Below are positions 16,731-25,259 of a stretch of 25,526 nucleotides of DNA, piece by piece. The DNA comes from a virus. Lineage: Duplodnaviria; Caudoviricetes. Made by a program: the position numbers and the translations under genes. How positions within the stretch are numbered: position 1 is the first letter of the stretch; each line of letters opens with the position of its first letter. The notes under the pieces were generated by a model. The model ran no database searches. It was not told where the DNA came from and worked only from the letters and a program-made list of their open reading frames with translations. Location: positions 1-25,526 of the IMG/VR virus record IMGVR_UViG_3300037237_000333; one strand, given 5' to 3'.

Positions 16731-16811
16731 GAGCGCCCTCCGCCGTGCGCGGCGGATGTTAGCGGCGGCCCCGCTGGTCGGTCGTTCACCTCCCGTTGGA
16801 AAATTAGGGGG

Positions 16812-16840
16812 TTTACTTTCCGGCCGGGGCGCCGTATACG
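16812..16840 (+). promoter_or_regulatory. Rightward promoter TTTACT-N17-TATACG upstream of the late arm
   Basis: Same geometry as the promoter family with upstream GAAAAT, but lacks the -7 T. Confidence 0.5.
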
Positions 16841-16970
16841 CCGTCCCCAGCCCGCGGACCCCGCGAGCGCCAGTCGTGATGCAGCCGGGCCGAGCGTTGA
16901 CCAGCCGATGGTTTGAGAGCACGAGAGCACACTGGAAGGCGGCGGGTCCGACGACGATGGAGGCCACGAG

Positions 16971-17540
16971 TTGAGTTCGACGCATCCGGCCCCCGCCGTC
17001 GACACGTTTACAACTCTCGCCGTCGGCGGGGGGAGCGATAGCGGTAACCAACAATGGTTCGTAGCGCAGATAAACCCGTCGCTGGTCGTTTTGATCGTCA
17101 GGGTGATCCAATCACTTCACTTCAGGTGCCTCGACTTCACATATCTCCAGCCGAGGCCGCGGAAGAAGCCCGTCGAACGCCGCTGGCTCCCGGGGTATCT
17201 CTTCATCAAGTTCGACCCCGACTTCGACCCGTGGGAACCCCTGCTCGACGTCCCCGGATTGACCCGCCTGCTCGGCGACACGCCCTCCCGGCCGGTATCC
17301 GTCGCCCCCGGCGAGTTGGACCGCCTGGCGGGCATCCTAGGGGCTCAGAAGGGTGTCCTGGACGCGGCCCGCCGGCCTTCGATCGCCACCGGGGACGCCG
17401 TGAAGATCTGCCTCGGCCCCTACGCCTCGTTCCAGGCGATCTGCCTGCGCTGCGTCAAGGGTAAGATCACCGTCGAAGGGACCATCTTCGGGAGGCGATT
17501 CACCACAACCCTGGCCCTCGGCGCGGTCGAGCCGGCCTGA
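16971..17540 (+). CDS. NusG-family transcription antiterminator (NGN + KOW)
   Basis: WFVAQ, LPGYLFIKFD, PGLTRLLG...PVSV, KOW GDAVKICLGPYASFQA, IFGR. RBS GGAGG before TTG. Confidence 0.85.
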   Translation: MSSTHPAPAVDTFTTLAVGGGSDSGNQQWFVAQINPSLVVLIVRVIQSLHFRCLDFTYLQPRPRKKPVERRWLPGYLFIKFDPDFDPWEPLLDVPGLTRLLGDTPSRPVSVAPGELDRLAGILGAQKGVLDAARRPSIATGDAVKICLGPYASFQAICLRCVKGKITVEGTIFGRRFTTTLALGAVEPA

Positions 17541-17552
17541 CCGAGGCCACCG

Positions 17553-18149
17553 ATGCGAGTGAAGGCCGCCCCGATCGTCGACCACGAGGGGCTCACGCCG
17601 ACGCAGCGGAAGTTCGCCGACGCTTTCCTCACCCACTGCAACGCGGCGCGGGCCGGGCGCGAGGCGGGCGTCTCACAGGCGCAGGTGAACAGGCTCCTCG
17701 CCGACGGCCTCGTGATCGGGGTGATGGCGAAGGAGTTCCAGCGGCGGACCGCCGAGAGCGGCTTCACCGTGGACAACGTCCTCCGCCACCTCGCCTGGAT
17801 CGCCCGCGGCGACCTCCGGACGATCTTCCGGCCCGACGGGACGCTGAAGTCGCCGCTGGAGTGGGACGACGCCGCCGCGGCGTGCGTCGCGAAGATCGAG
17901 GTCGACGTCGTCACGACCCAGGCGGACCCGGACGACCCGAGTTCGAAGACCGTCACCGTCCACTCGATGAAGGTCACGCGGTGGGACCCGCTCCGGGCGC
18001 TGGAGATGCTCGGGAAGTGGCACCGGATGTTCAGCGATGCTTCAGACGCGCCCAAGCCGCCGCGCTCCGCGCTCCCGGCGCCGCCGGGGATCTCCACCCT
18101 GGACCCGGTCGAGGCGTCGAGGGCCTACCGCAAGTTGATCGAGGGTTGA
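17553..18149 (+). CDS. terS: Terminase small subunit
   Basis: LTPTQRKFADAFL..CNAARAGREAG, TVDNVL..LA.IA..D, ALEMLGK; upstream of TerL. Confidence 0.9.
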   Translation: MRVKAAPIVDHEGLTPTQRKFADAFLTHCNAARAGREAGVSQAQVNRLLADGLVIGVMAKEFQRRTAESGFTVDNVLRHLAWIARGDLRTIFRPDGTLKSPLEWDDAAAACVAKIEVDVVTTQADPDDPSSKTVTVHSMKVTRWDPLRALEMLGKWHRMFSDASDAPKPPRSALPAPPGISTLDPVEASRAYRKLIEG

Positions 18150-18150
18150 A

Positions 18151-18264
18151 GTGTCGCGACGGTTCCTGGACAGCGTGGTGGCGATGACCTGCCTGACGAC
18201 GGCCATCGTCGCCGCCGTCTCGTTCGTCGCCGGGTTTTTCGCGTATCCGTGGGTGTTCCGCTGA
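18151..18264 (+). CDS. 37-aa membrane peptide between TerS and TerL
   Basis: Translated by hand: MSRRFLDSVVAMTCLTTAIVAAVSFVAGFFAYPWVFR. RBS GAGG; TGATG coupling to TerL. Confidence 0.55.
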   Translation: MSRRFLDSVVAMTCLTTAIVAAVSFVAGFFAYPWVFR

Positions 18265-19892
18265 TGGACGAGATCGACTGGAGTGACCCTGACTACGCCG
18301 CGGTGTTCCGGCGCCGCGCCGAGCGCCTGGCGCGGATGCGCGCCGACCCCGACCTGCTGCCCGGGCTTAGGGCGTTCTACCGCGGCCACATAGCGCAGTT
18401 CATCACCGACTGGGGCTGCACGACCGACCCGCGGCTCGTCGAGCGCGGCCTCCCGGCCCTCGTGCCGTTCGTCCTCTTCCCCCGACAAAAGGAATGGGTT
18501 GGGTATCTCCTCGACCACTGGCGCCGGGGGCGGGACTTCCTCACCGAGAAGTCGCGCGACATGGGGATGTCCTGGCTCGCGGTCGGGTGCGCCGCGACGC
18601 TCTGCCTTTTCGAGGACGGCATGGCCGTGGGCTTCGGGTCGCGCAAGGAGGAATACGTCGACCGGATCGGCAGCCCGAAGTCGCTGTTCCACAAGTGCCG
18701 CGAGTTCGTGCGCCTGCTCCCCCGCGAGTTCCGCGGCGGCTGGGACCCGCGCCGCGACGCGCCGCACATGCGGATCAACTTCCCCGACACCGGCAGCCAC
18801 ATCAGCGGCGAGGCCGGATCGAACATCGGCCGCGGCGACCGCACCGGCATCTACTTCGTGGACGAAGGCGCCTACCTTGAGCAGCCGGAGCTCGTCGAGC
18901 TCTCGCTCAGCCAGACGACCAACTGCCGGGTGGACATTTCCAGCGCCAACGGGATGGCCAACCCATTCGCCCAGAAACGCCACTCCGGGAAGGTCGACGT
19001 CTTCACCTACCACTGGCGCGACGACCCGCGCAAGAGCCAAGCGTGGTACGACCGGGAGGTCGCCGACCTCGACCCGGTGATCGTCGCCCAGGAGATCGAC
19101 ATCGACTACCAGGCGAGCTCGGAGGGTCAGCTGATCCCCGCCGCCTGGGTCCAGGCCGCTGTGGACCTCCACGTCAGGCTCAACTTCGCCCCCACCGGGG
19201 CGAAGACCGCGTCCCTGGACGTGGCGGACGAGGGCCGGGACCGGAACGCCTTCCTCGGCGCGCGCGGGCCGCTTGTCGAAGTCCTGGAGGAGTGGGCCGG
19301 GATCGGCTCCGATATCTTCGCGACGACGCAGCGAGCCTTCAAGCTGTGCGACGACGGCGGGTACGCGCTCCTCCGCTACGACGCCGACGGCCTCGGCGCC
19401 GGGGTCCGCGGCGACGCCCGGATCATCAACGGTCACCGCGACCGGAAGAAGCAGCTCCTCGTCCGCGCGTTCCGCGGCTCCGAGGCCGTCGAGGAGCCGG
19501 AGAAGGAGGACGTGAGGGGCCGGGCCAACGAAGACTTCTTCGCCAACCGCAAGGCGCAGGCGTGGTGGTCTCTCCGGGCGCGATTCCAGAACGCCCACCG
19601 CGCCGTCCACGACGGGGTCGTAATGTCGCACGACGACCTGATCTCCCTGCCGTCCGGCCTCCCGCTCCTCGGGCGCCTGACGGTTGAACTCTCCCAGCCG
19701 ACGTACCACCTCAACCCGGTCGGGAAGGTGATCGTCGACAAGACGCCAGACGGCGTGAAGTCGCCGAACCTCGCGGATGCCCTCATGATTCAGTTCTCCG
19801 GCCACCGGCGCCGCGGCGTGGCGGTCACGGCCGCCGCCCTCGGGCGCATGACGGTCGCCGGGCTGGCGCGCGGGCAGCGGCGGGCCGCGTGA
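18264..19892 (+). CDS. terL: Terminase large subunit
   Basis: EKSRDMGMSW (Walker A), YFVDEGA (Walker B), SSANG, nuclease motifs LDVADEGRD, YDADGLG, SPNLADAL. Start moved to ATG 18264. Confidence 0.95.
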   Translation: MDEIDWSDPDYAAVFRRRAERLARMRADPDLLPGLRAFYRGHIAQFITDWGCTTDPRLVERGLPALVPFVLFPRQKEWVGYLLDHWRRGRDFLTEKSRDMGMSWLAVGCAATLCLFEDGMAVGFGSRKEEYVDRIGSPKSLFHKCREFVRLLPREFRGGWDPRRDAPHMRINFPDTGSHISGEAGSNIGRGDRTGIYFVDEGAYLEQPELVELSLSQTTNCRVDISSANGMANPFAQKRHSGKVDVFTYHWRDDPRKSQAWYDREVADLDPVIVAQEIDIDYQASSEGQLIPAAWVQAAVDLHVRLNFAPTGAKTASLDVADEGRDRNAFLGARGPLVEVLEEWAGIGSDIFATTQRAFKLCDDGGYALLRYDADGLGAGVRGDARIINGHRDRKKQLLVRAFRGSEAVEEPEKEDVRGRANEDFFANRKAQAWWSLRARFQNAHRAVHDGVVMSHDDLISLPSGLPLLGRLTVELSQPTYHLNPVGKVIVDKTPDGVKSPNLADALMIQFSGHRRRGVAVTAAALGRMTVAGLARGQRRAA

Positions 19893-22654
19893 AAAAGGCG
19901 AAACGGAAGCGCGAAGAGGCGCGGCGCCTGCTCGACGAGGCCGCCCGCCGCGCCGAAGCGACGCTCGCCGAGATCGGGGCGATTCCGAAGCCGCGCCGCG
20001 AGCGCGCCGACGTCCTCTCCGCGCTCGGGCGCATGGCCGGCGCCGGCAAGCCCGGACACCGCGCCCTCGCGACCCACGGAAAAGGCGCCCGCGAGGTCAG
20101 CCCGTGGACGCTGCCGGTTTACCCGCCGGGCGTCCTCCCCGGCGGCGCGACGGACCTATTGGCGATGGACGACGCGGGCGGTGCCGCGCAGTGGAACGCG
20201 ATCCCACCGGCGTGGCTCTACGGCGCCGTAAGCGGGACGGGATACCACGGGATGTGGGCCGAGGGCATCGGCTTCATGGGTTATCCGTACCTCGCCGAGC
20301 TGACGCAGCGGGCGGAATACCGCCGCCCCTCCGAGGTCATGGCCGAGGAGATGACGCGCGAGGGTTTCCGGATCAACGCCTCGGGCGACGACGACAAAAC
20401 CGAGCGGGTCAAGGTCATCGAGGAGAAGCTCAAGGAGTTCAACGTCGCCGAAGTCCTCCGGAGCGCGGTGGAGTTTGAGGGGTTCTTCGGCCGGTCTCAG
20501 GTCTATCCCGACCTCGGCCCGCTCAACGACGACACGATAAAGACGCCGCTGCTCCTCCGACCCGAATACGTGGGGAAAGGGTCGTTGAAGGGGTTCCGGG
20601 CGATCGACCCGACCTGGACGGCGCCGAATGACTACGACGCGACCGACCCCACGCGCGCCGATTTCTATAAGCCGCAGACCTGGTTCATCACGGCCCGCCT
20701 GTGGAGCGCGTCGCGGCTCCTTACGATGAACTCGCGGCCGGTACCGGACATCCTGAAGCCCGCGTACAATTTCGGCGGCCTGAGTCTCTCGCAGATGCTC
20801 AAGCCGTACGTGGACAACTGGCTCCGCACGCGGCAGGCGGTATCCGACCTACTCTACGCGTTCACCGTGTTCGTCCTCTCCACCGATTTGAACGCGCAAC
20901 TCGCGGGCGAGGGCGAGGCTCTCGGGCCGGGGACGAACGAGACGACGCGCGCCCAGGCGTTCGTGATGGCCCGGGACAACCTCGGGCTTATGATGATCAA
21001 TAAGGACCTCGAGGAGTTCCAGAACGTCTCGGCGCCGCTCGGCGGGCTCGACCACCTCCAGGCGCAGGCGCAGGAGCACATGGCGGCGGTCGCGGCGATC
21101 CCCATCGTCAAGCTGTTCGGGATCACCCCGTCGGGGCTGATGGCGACGGCCGACGGAGAGATCCGAACGTTCTACGACACGGTCAAGGCGCGACAGAAGA
21201 AGGTCCTCAGCCCGATCCTCGATACGATCGTCAAGCTCATCCAGCTCTCCGAGTTCGGCAACGTCGATCCGGCGATCGGCCACGAGTGGGTGCCGCTCTA
21301 CCGGCTCGACGCGGCGGGCGAGGCGTCCGTCCGGAAGACCGACGCGGACACCGACGCCGTGCTCATCCAAGCCGCGGTGATCTCGCCAGAGGAGTCCCGC
21401 ACGCGGCTCGCCGCCGACGCGACGAGTCCGTATCACGGCCTCGAGGGGCCGCCGCCCGAGCCCCCCGCCGCGCCGCCCGAGGGCGGCGGTGGCCTGGGCG
21501 CCGACCCGTCCGAACGCGTCGACAGCGCCGCCGAGGGCGGGGCGAAGACCGGCGCGAACGCGGCGGACGAGGCGCCCCCTTTTTCCTTCGACGCTGAGTT
21601 CAAGGAAGGCGATCATCCGCGCGGTCAGCCGGAGAACGCCGGGCAGTTCGGGCCCGGAGGAAACAGCGATAAAACGTCGCCGGACGCGCCGGAAAATGTC
21701 ACTGACCCTATCGCCGCTATGGCGCTTAAGAAAATATTGAGTATCAAGTATCTCCCCGGAGCTACGAACGCCCAGAAAGTTGAAAAATTAGGCGCGTTAA
21801 GCGACCCGGAAGATCCGTCGGTCGCCAGTTACTTGGGATCGCTGAAATCCTACCTTGCGTGGGGCGGCAACTACGCCCCTAAACAAGAAACTCTTTCTCC
21901 TGAGTTATCGCGGCCTGCCGCTATTGGTTACGAACCGCATACTGAGTCTCAGAAAAATATTTATGCAGACTTAGAAATGGCTGACCCGGTTCGTGAGAAC
22001 ATCGCGTTTGAAGTAGACGGCAGAAAAATTCTTTATAAGAGGGATACGGGTAAGATCCCGGCCGACTGGTACGAGAAAGTTACGTCGGCTTATGCTGACG
22101 GCGCCGAGCCATTGTCGAACGACGTTGATGCCGCGATGTCGGGTTACGCCAACGCCGTCGATTTGATGCTTACTAAAGATGAAGATTCCGCGGTATGGAA
22201 TTATAAGGGATCGGGGTACGATGAGATCAGAAAACGGCTTCTTGGGAAGAAGAAAAACGTAAACGACGCCGTTGAAAAAAATATTTCTGACCTAAAATCC
22301 GCCATAAATAAAACGGCGTTACCCGCAGACACCGTCTTATACCGCGGATTCAGGGCTTCTTTGAAAAAAATTGCTGGTATCGACCTCGCCGACGCCGTGG
22401 GAAAATCGTTTGTTCATAAAAATTTCGCTTCATTTTCTCGAGACGACGAAGTAGCGGCGGAGTTTGGCGGATCTACGATGATGAAAGTTACAATCAAAGC
22501 TGGCACTCCAGCTTTAGTTTTAGGTGAACAGAACGGCGGGGAGCGGGAAGTGCTGATTGACTGTAATTCGGTATTTAAGATAGATAAAATTAAAAAAGTT
22601 GGATCGCGCAACGTCATTTTCGTAACTTATCTTGGGACTTCCGTCGATGAATAA
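19889..22654 (+). CDS. Portal protein (DUF1073-type) fused to a C-terminal ADP-ribosyltransferase domain
   Basis: Portal motifs GYPYLAELTQRAEYR, DFYKPQTW, PVPDILKPAYNFGGLSLSQ, IPIVKLFGITPSGL; Pro-rich linker; ART motifs VLYRG (R at 22343), NFASFS (22421), GEREVL (22541). Confidence 0.9.
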   Translation: MKKAKRKREEARRLLDEAARRAEATLAEIGAIPKPRRERADVLSALGRMAGAGKPGHRALATHGKGAREVSPWTLPVYPPGVLPGGATDLLAMDDAGGAAQWNAIPPAWLYGAVSGTGYHGMWAEGIGFMGYPYLAELTQRAEYRRPSEVMAEEMTREGFRINASGDDDKTERVKVIEEKLKEFNVAEVLRSAVEFEGFFGRSQVYPDLGPLNDDTIKTPLLLRPEYVGKGSLKGFRAIDPTWTAPNDYDATDPTRADFYKPQTWFITARLWSASRLLTMNSRPVPDILKPAYNFGGLSLSQMLKPYVDNWLRTRQAVSDLLYAFTVFVLSTDLNAQLAGEGEALGPGTNETTRAQAFVMARDNLGLMMINKDLEEFQNVSAPLGGLDHLQAQAQEHMAAVAAIPIVKLFGITPSGLMATADGEIRTFYDTVKARQKKVLSPILDTIVKLIQLSEFGNVDPAIGHEWVPLYRLDAAGEASVRKTDADTDAVLIQAAVISPEESRTRLAADATSPYHGLEGPPPEPPAAPPEGGGGLGADPSERVDSAAEGGAKTGANAADEAPPFSFDAEFKEGDHPRGQPENAGQFGPGGNSDKTSPDAPENVTDPIAAMALKKILSIKYLPGATNAQKVEKLGALSDPEDPSVASYLGSLKSYLAWGGNYAPKQETLSPELSRPAAIGYEPHTESQKNIYADLEMADPVRENIAFEVDGRKILYKRDTGKIPADWYEKVTSAYADGAEPLSNDVDAAMSGYANAVDLMLTKDEDSAVWNYKGSGYDEIRKRLLGKKKNVNDAVEKNISDLKSAINKTALPADTVLYRGFRASLKKIAGIDLADAVGKSFVHKNFASFSRDDEVAAEFGGSTMMKVTIKAGTPALVLGEQNGGEREVLIDCNSVFKIDKIKKVGSRNVIFVTYLGTSVDE

Positions 22655-22776
22655 TGATGGCCGCCGATTTGTAGTCCTTGATGAAGATATTGAGTTGACT
22701 GACGGCGACGCGGCAGCTCAGAACAACGAAAAAGGTAAAGAGCAGGGCGCCGAGGCCCGCGCGAACGCGGCGGACG
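21552..22776. repeat. 18-bp exact direct repeat GCGCGAACGCGGCGGACG (21552-21569 and 22759-22776)
   Basis: Read directly; both copies encode ANAAD in the same codon phase. Confidence 0.9.
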
Positions 22777-24266
22777 TAGCACTCGACGCGCAGGTCGGCA
22801 AGTGGGAAGAGGGCAAGCACCCGCGCGGCCCTGACGGCAAGTTTGTCGCGGGCGCGGGCGAGGCGGTCAAGTCCTACGGCGAGACGCTTGGCGGTAAGAA
22901 GGGCTCCGCTGCGGGCCTGATCAAGCATATGCTGGCCTCGGGTGACTTTTCTGCAGGCGATGTCTTCGCCACGGCGAAGGCGGCCTTTGGGGTTGACCTC
23001 CCAGGAAAGGGCTATACGCCTGAGTCCTATGTGAAGTGGTACCACAGCGATATGAAGAAGAAGGGGCTTAACCCGCCCCCGATCCCAAAAGTCACAAAGC
23101 CGAAGGCCGAACAGGAAGCTATGAAGGAAGAGTCTGACGACCCTGACGCAGAGCTCGGCGCGGGGCCTGAAGAAAAGGAAACGCCCGAGGCAGCAAAGGC
23201 CCCCGCGAAAGCGGCGAAGGCTGACTGGCTTATTAGTCAGGCGGCGAAGAACATCATCGCTCCGGTCGAGAAGCTCATCGAAGACCCGAACTTCAGTTCT
23301 CCGAATAAGGCCGCCGTAAAGGCGAAGCTCGACGAGATCAACGCCGCGACCGCGGCCGAATACCCGATCGCGGCGCTCGTGAAGATCACCCCGATGACCC
23401 AGTCGGGCCCGATGCCGAGCACAGTCAACGCCTTCCTCGCCCAGCTCGAAGCGGAGAACGGGATCGAGCCCGACACGGCGACCCCGGTCGAAGGGCCGAA
23501 GCCGAGCGCGGCGGTCAAGGCGGCTGCCGTAAAGGCCGTCTACGCCGTTGCCAAGGACCTCCCTCACTACGAGACGGAACAGGCCCACAAGTACCAGGAC
23601 GCGAAGGGTCAGAAGGTCCGCTCTGTCTTTAAGGCAGACACCGCGACGATCGATGACCACGGGTACGCGAAGGTCACCGCGGCCTACGGGAACGATCCGG
23701 ACGACGCGATGACGCCCGAGGTCTGTAAGGCGATGGACGAATATAGTACGGTCGTTCGTAAAAAGATGTCCTCCGCCGAGGACGCCGCAGTGACGTCCTA
23801 CAAGGGAAATGGTTATCATTCGATCAACGGATACCTCCTCGGCAAAAAGAGTGGTGAAGGCGGAGTTAAGGAGAAGGTCGATAACATCCGTTCGGCGATC
23901 CGTAAGACCTCGGTTCCGGCGGACACGCCGGTCTGGCGCGGTCTTACCGCGAGCCTGAAGGACCTGACCGGCTTCGACGATCCGGCCCAGGCTGTCGGTC
24001 GATGCTTTGAGCACAAGAACTTCGCGTCCGTCTCGCGCCACTTTCAGACCTCGGCCGCTTTCGGTGACAAAGTCATGCTCAAGATGACCCTGAAGGCCGG
24101 AACGCCGGGCCTCGTCCTCGGCGGGCAGGGTACGAGCGGCGAGGCGGAAATCGTTCTCGACCATTCCTCGATGTTCCGCGTCGACAAGGTGGAACAGAAC
24201 CCATACGGCGGCGATGCGAAGCACGTCGTCCATGTGACTTACCTCGGAGTACGTGAAGATGGCTGA
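22647..24266 (+). CDS. Second ADP-ribosyltransferase protein (HPR motif + helical domain + linker + VIP2/Alt-like ART)
   Basis: ATG 22647 overlaps the portal stop. WEEGKHPRGPDGKF; YKGNGYHSINGYL, VWRGL, NFASVS, GEAEIVL. Confidence 0.9.
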   Translation: MNNDGRRFVVLDEDIELTDGDAAAQNNEKGKEQGAEARANAADVALDAQVGKWEEGKHPRGPDGKFVAGAGEAVKSYGETLGGKKGSAAGLIKHMLASGDFSAGDVFATAKAAFGVDLPGKGYTPESYVKWYHSDMKKKGLNPPPIPKVTKPKAEQEAMKEESDDPDAELGAGPEEKETPEAAKAPAKAAKADWLISQAAKNIIAPVEKLIEDPNFSSPNKAAVKAKLDEINAATAAEYPIAALVKITPMTQSGPMPSTVNAFLAQLEAENGIEPDTATPVEGPKPSAAVKAAAVKAVYAVAKDLPHYETEQAHKYQDAKGQKVRSVFKADTATIDDHGYAKVTAAYGNDPDDAMTPEVCKAMDEYSTVVRKKMSSAEDAAVTSYKGNGYHSINGYLLGKKSGEGGVKEKVDNIRSAIRKTSVPADTPVWRGLTASLKDLTGFDDPAQAVGRCFEHKNFASVSRHFQTSAAFGDKVMLKMTLKAGTPGLVLGGQGTSGEAEIVLDHSSMFRVDKVEQNPYGGDAKHVVHVTYLGVREDG

Positions 24267-24432
24267 CGAAAACGACCGCTCGCGTTGGACGACCGAGGCG
24301 GAGGGCGTCGCCCCCTTGACCCTGGAAGGTACCGAGGACCGGACAACCCCGGAAAACCACGTGAAGGCCGAGGAAAATGCCCTTACTATCGCCAAGGCCC
24401 GCCACGAGAGGGTCGCCCTCGAGGCCGAGTGA
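24259..24432 (+). CDS. 57-aa acidic peptide, candidate ART immunity/inhibitor
   Basis: Not in the ORF track: [57 protein letters not shown]. Overlaps the ART2 stop and the MuF start. Confidence 0.65.
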   Translation: MADENDRSRWTTEAEGVAPLTLEGTEDRTTPENHVKAEENALTIAKARHERVALEAE

Positions 24433-25259
24433 CCAAGCTCGTCGCGACGTCCCCGAAGCCCGTCCACGTCCCGGCGACGCGCCCGAACGCGGGGATCGAA
24501 GTCGCCTACCGGAAGCGGCTCCTCGCCGCGCTCGCCGCGATGGAGAAGAACGTCCTCCGCACGGTCAGCCTGCTCTACGCCGACGACCCGCCCGAGCTGG
24601 CTCAGGACGAGTCCCCGGCCGCTGCGCTCGCGGCGGCGATGGTCGAGCTCCGGCGGCGGTGGGATCGGGAGTTCTCGACCATCGCGAACACCTGGGGGCG
24701 GCGGTTCACGGCCGACGCGACCGGGCACGCGGACCGGGCCTTCGCCGCGCAGCTCCGCAAGGCGGGGTTCACGGTCAAGTTCACGATGTCGGCGAAGGCG
24801 CAGGACGTCTTCACCGCGACGCTGAAGGAGCAGGTCAACCTGATAACGTCGATATCGGCCGAGGCGATGACGCAGCTCTCGTCGGTCGTCGCGCAGAGCG
24901 TCACGACCGGGCGCGCCGTCGGCGATCTCGCCAAGGCGCTCCGCGAGCAGTTCGGCGTCGAGCGGCGCCGCGCGGCGACCATCGCCCGGGACCAGAACTC
25001 GAAGGCGACGGCGACGATCACCAGGGTCCGGCAGGAGGAGCTCGGGATCACCCAGGCGCGGTGGTCGCACTCGGCCGGCGGCAAGGTTCCCCGCCCGGAG
25101 CACGTCGCGTTCTCGAAGGGGGCGCACCGCGGCCAGAACCCGGGGCCGATCTACGACATCGCCAAGGGCGCGCTGCTCGAGGGAAAGTGGACGTGGCCGG
25201 GTGTCGAGATCAACTGCCGGTGCGTGAGCGTATCAATTTTGCCGGGGTTGAAGACGTGA
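24429..25259 (+). CDS. muF: Head morphogenesis protein (MuF / SPP1 gp7 family), short form without toxin
   Basis: GTG 24429; [46 protein letters not shown]. Confidence 0.92.
   Translation: MTKLVATSPKPVHVPATRPNAGIEVAYRKRLLAALAAMEKNVLRTVSLLYADDPPELAQDESPAAALAAAMVELRRRWDREFSTIANTWGRRFTADATGHADRAFAAQLRKAGFTVKFTMSAKAQDVFTATLKEQVNLITSISAEAMTQLSSVVAQSVTTGRAVGDLAKALREQFGVERRRAATIARDQNSKATATITRVRQEELGITQARWSHSAGGKVPRPEHVAFSKGAHRGQNPGPIYDIAKGALLEGKWTWPGVEINCRCVSVSILPGLKT

Noticed and set aside
16613-17111. Minus-strand ORFs 16613-17005 and 16620-17111
   Set aside because: They cross the origin-like region, the promoter and the NusG gene, and have no motifs.
19889-21450. Anti-CBASS Acb1 assignment sometimes attached to DUF1073 proteins
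   Set aside because: No 2H-phosphoesterase HxT motif pair seen in the extension; the N-terminal part is a portal and the payload is an ART.
24285-24428. TTG-initiated N-terminal extension of MuF
   Set aside because: Low-complexity extension; the interval is better explained by the coupled 57-aa ORF and a GTG start at 24429.
22614-25127. 837-aa minus-strand ORF (likewise 18042-19805, 13994-15280, 3126-4337 and 8-1159)
   Set aside because: Antisense shadows of real genes caused by high-GC codon bias; Arg-rich with no recognisable motifs.
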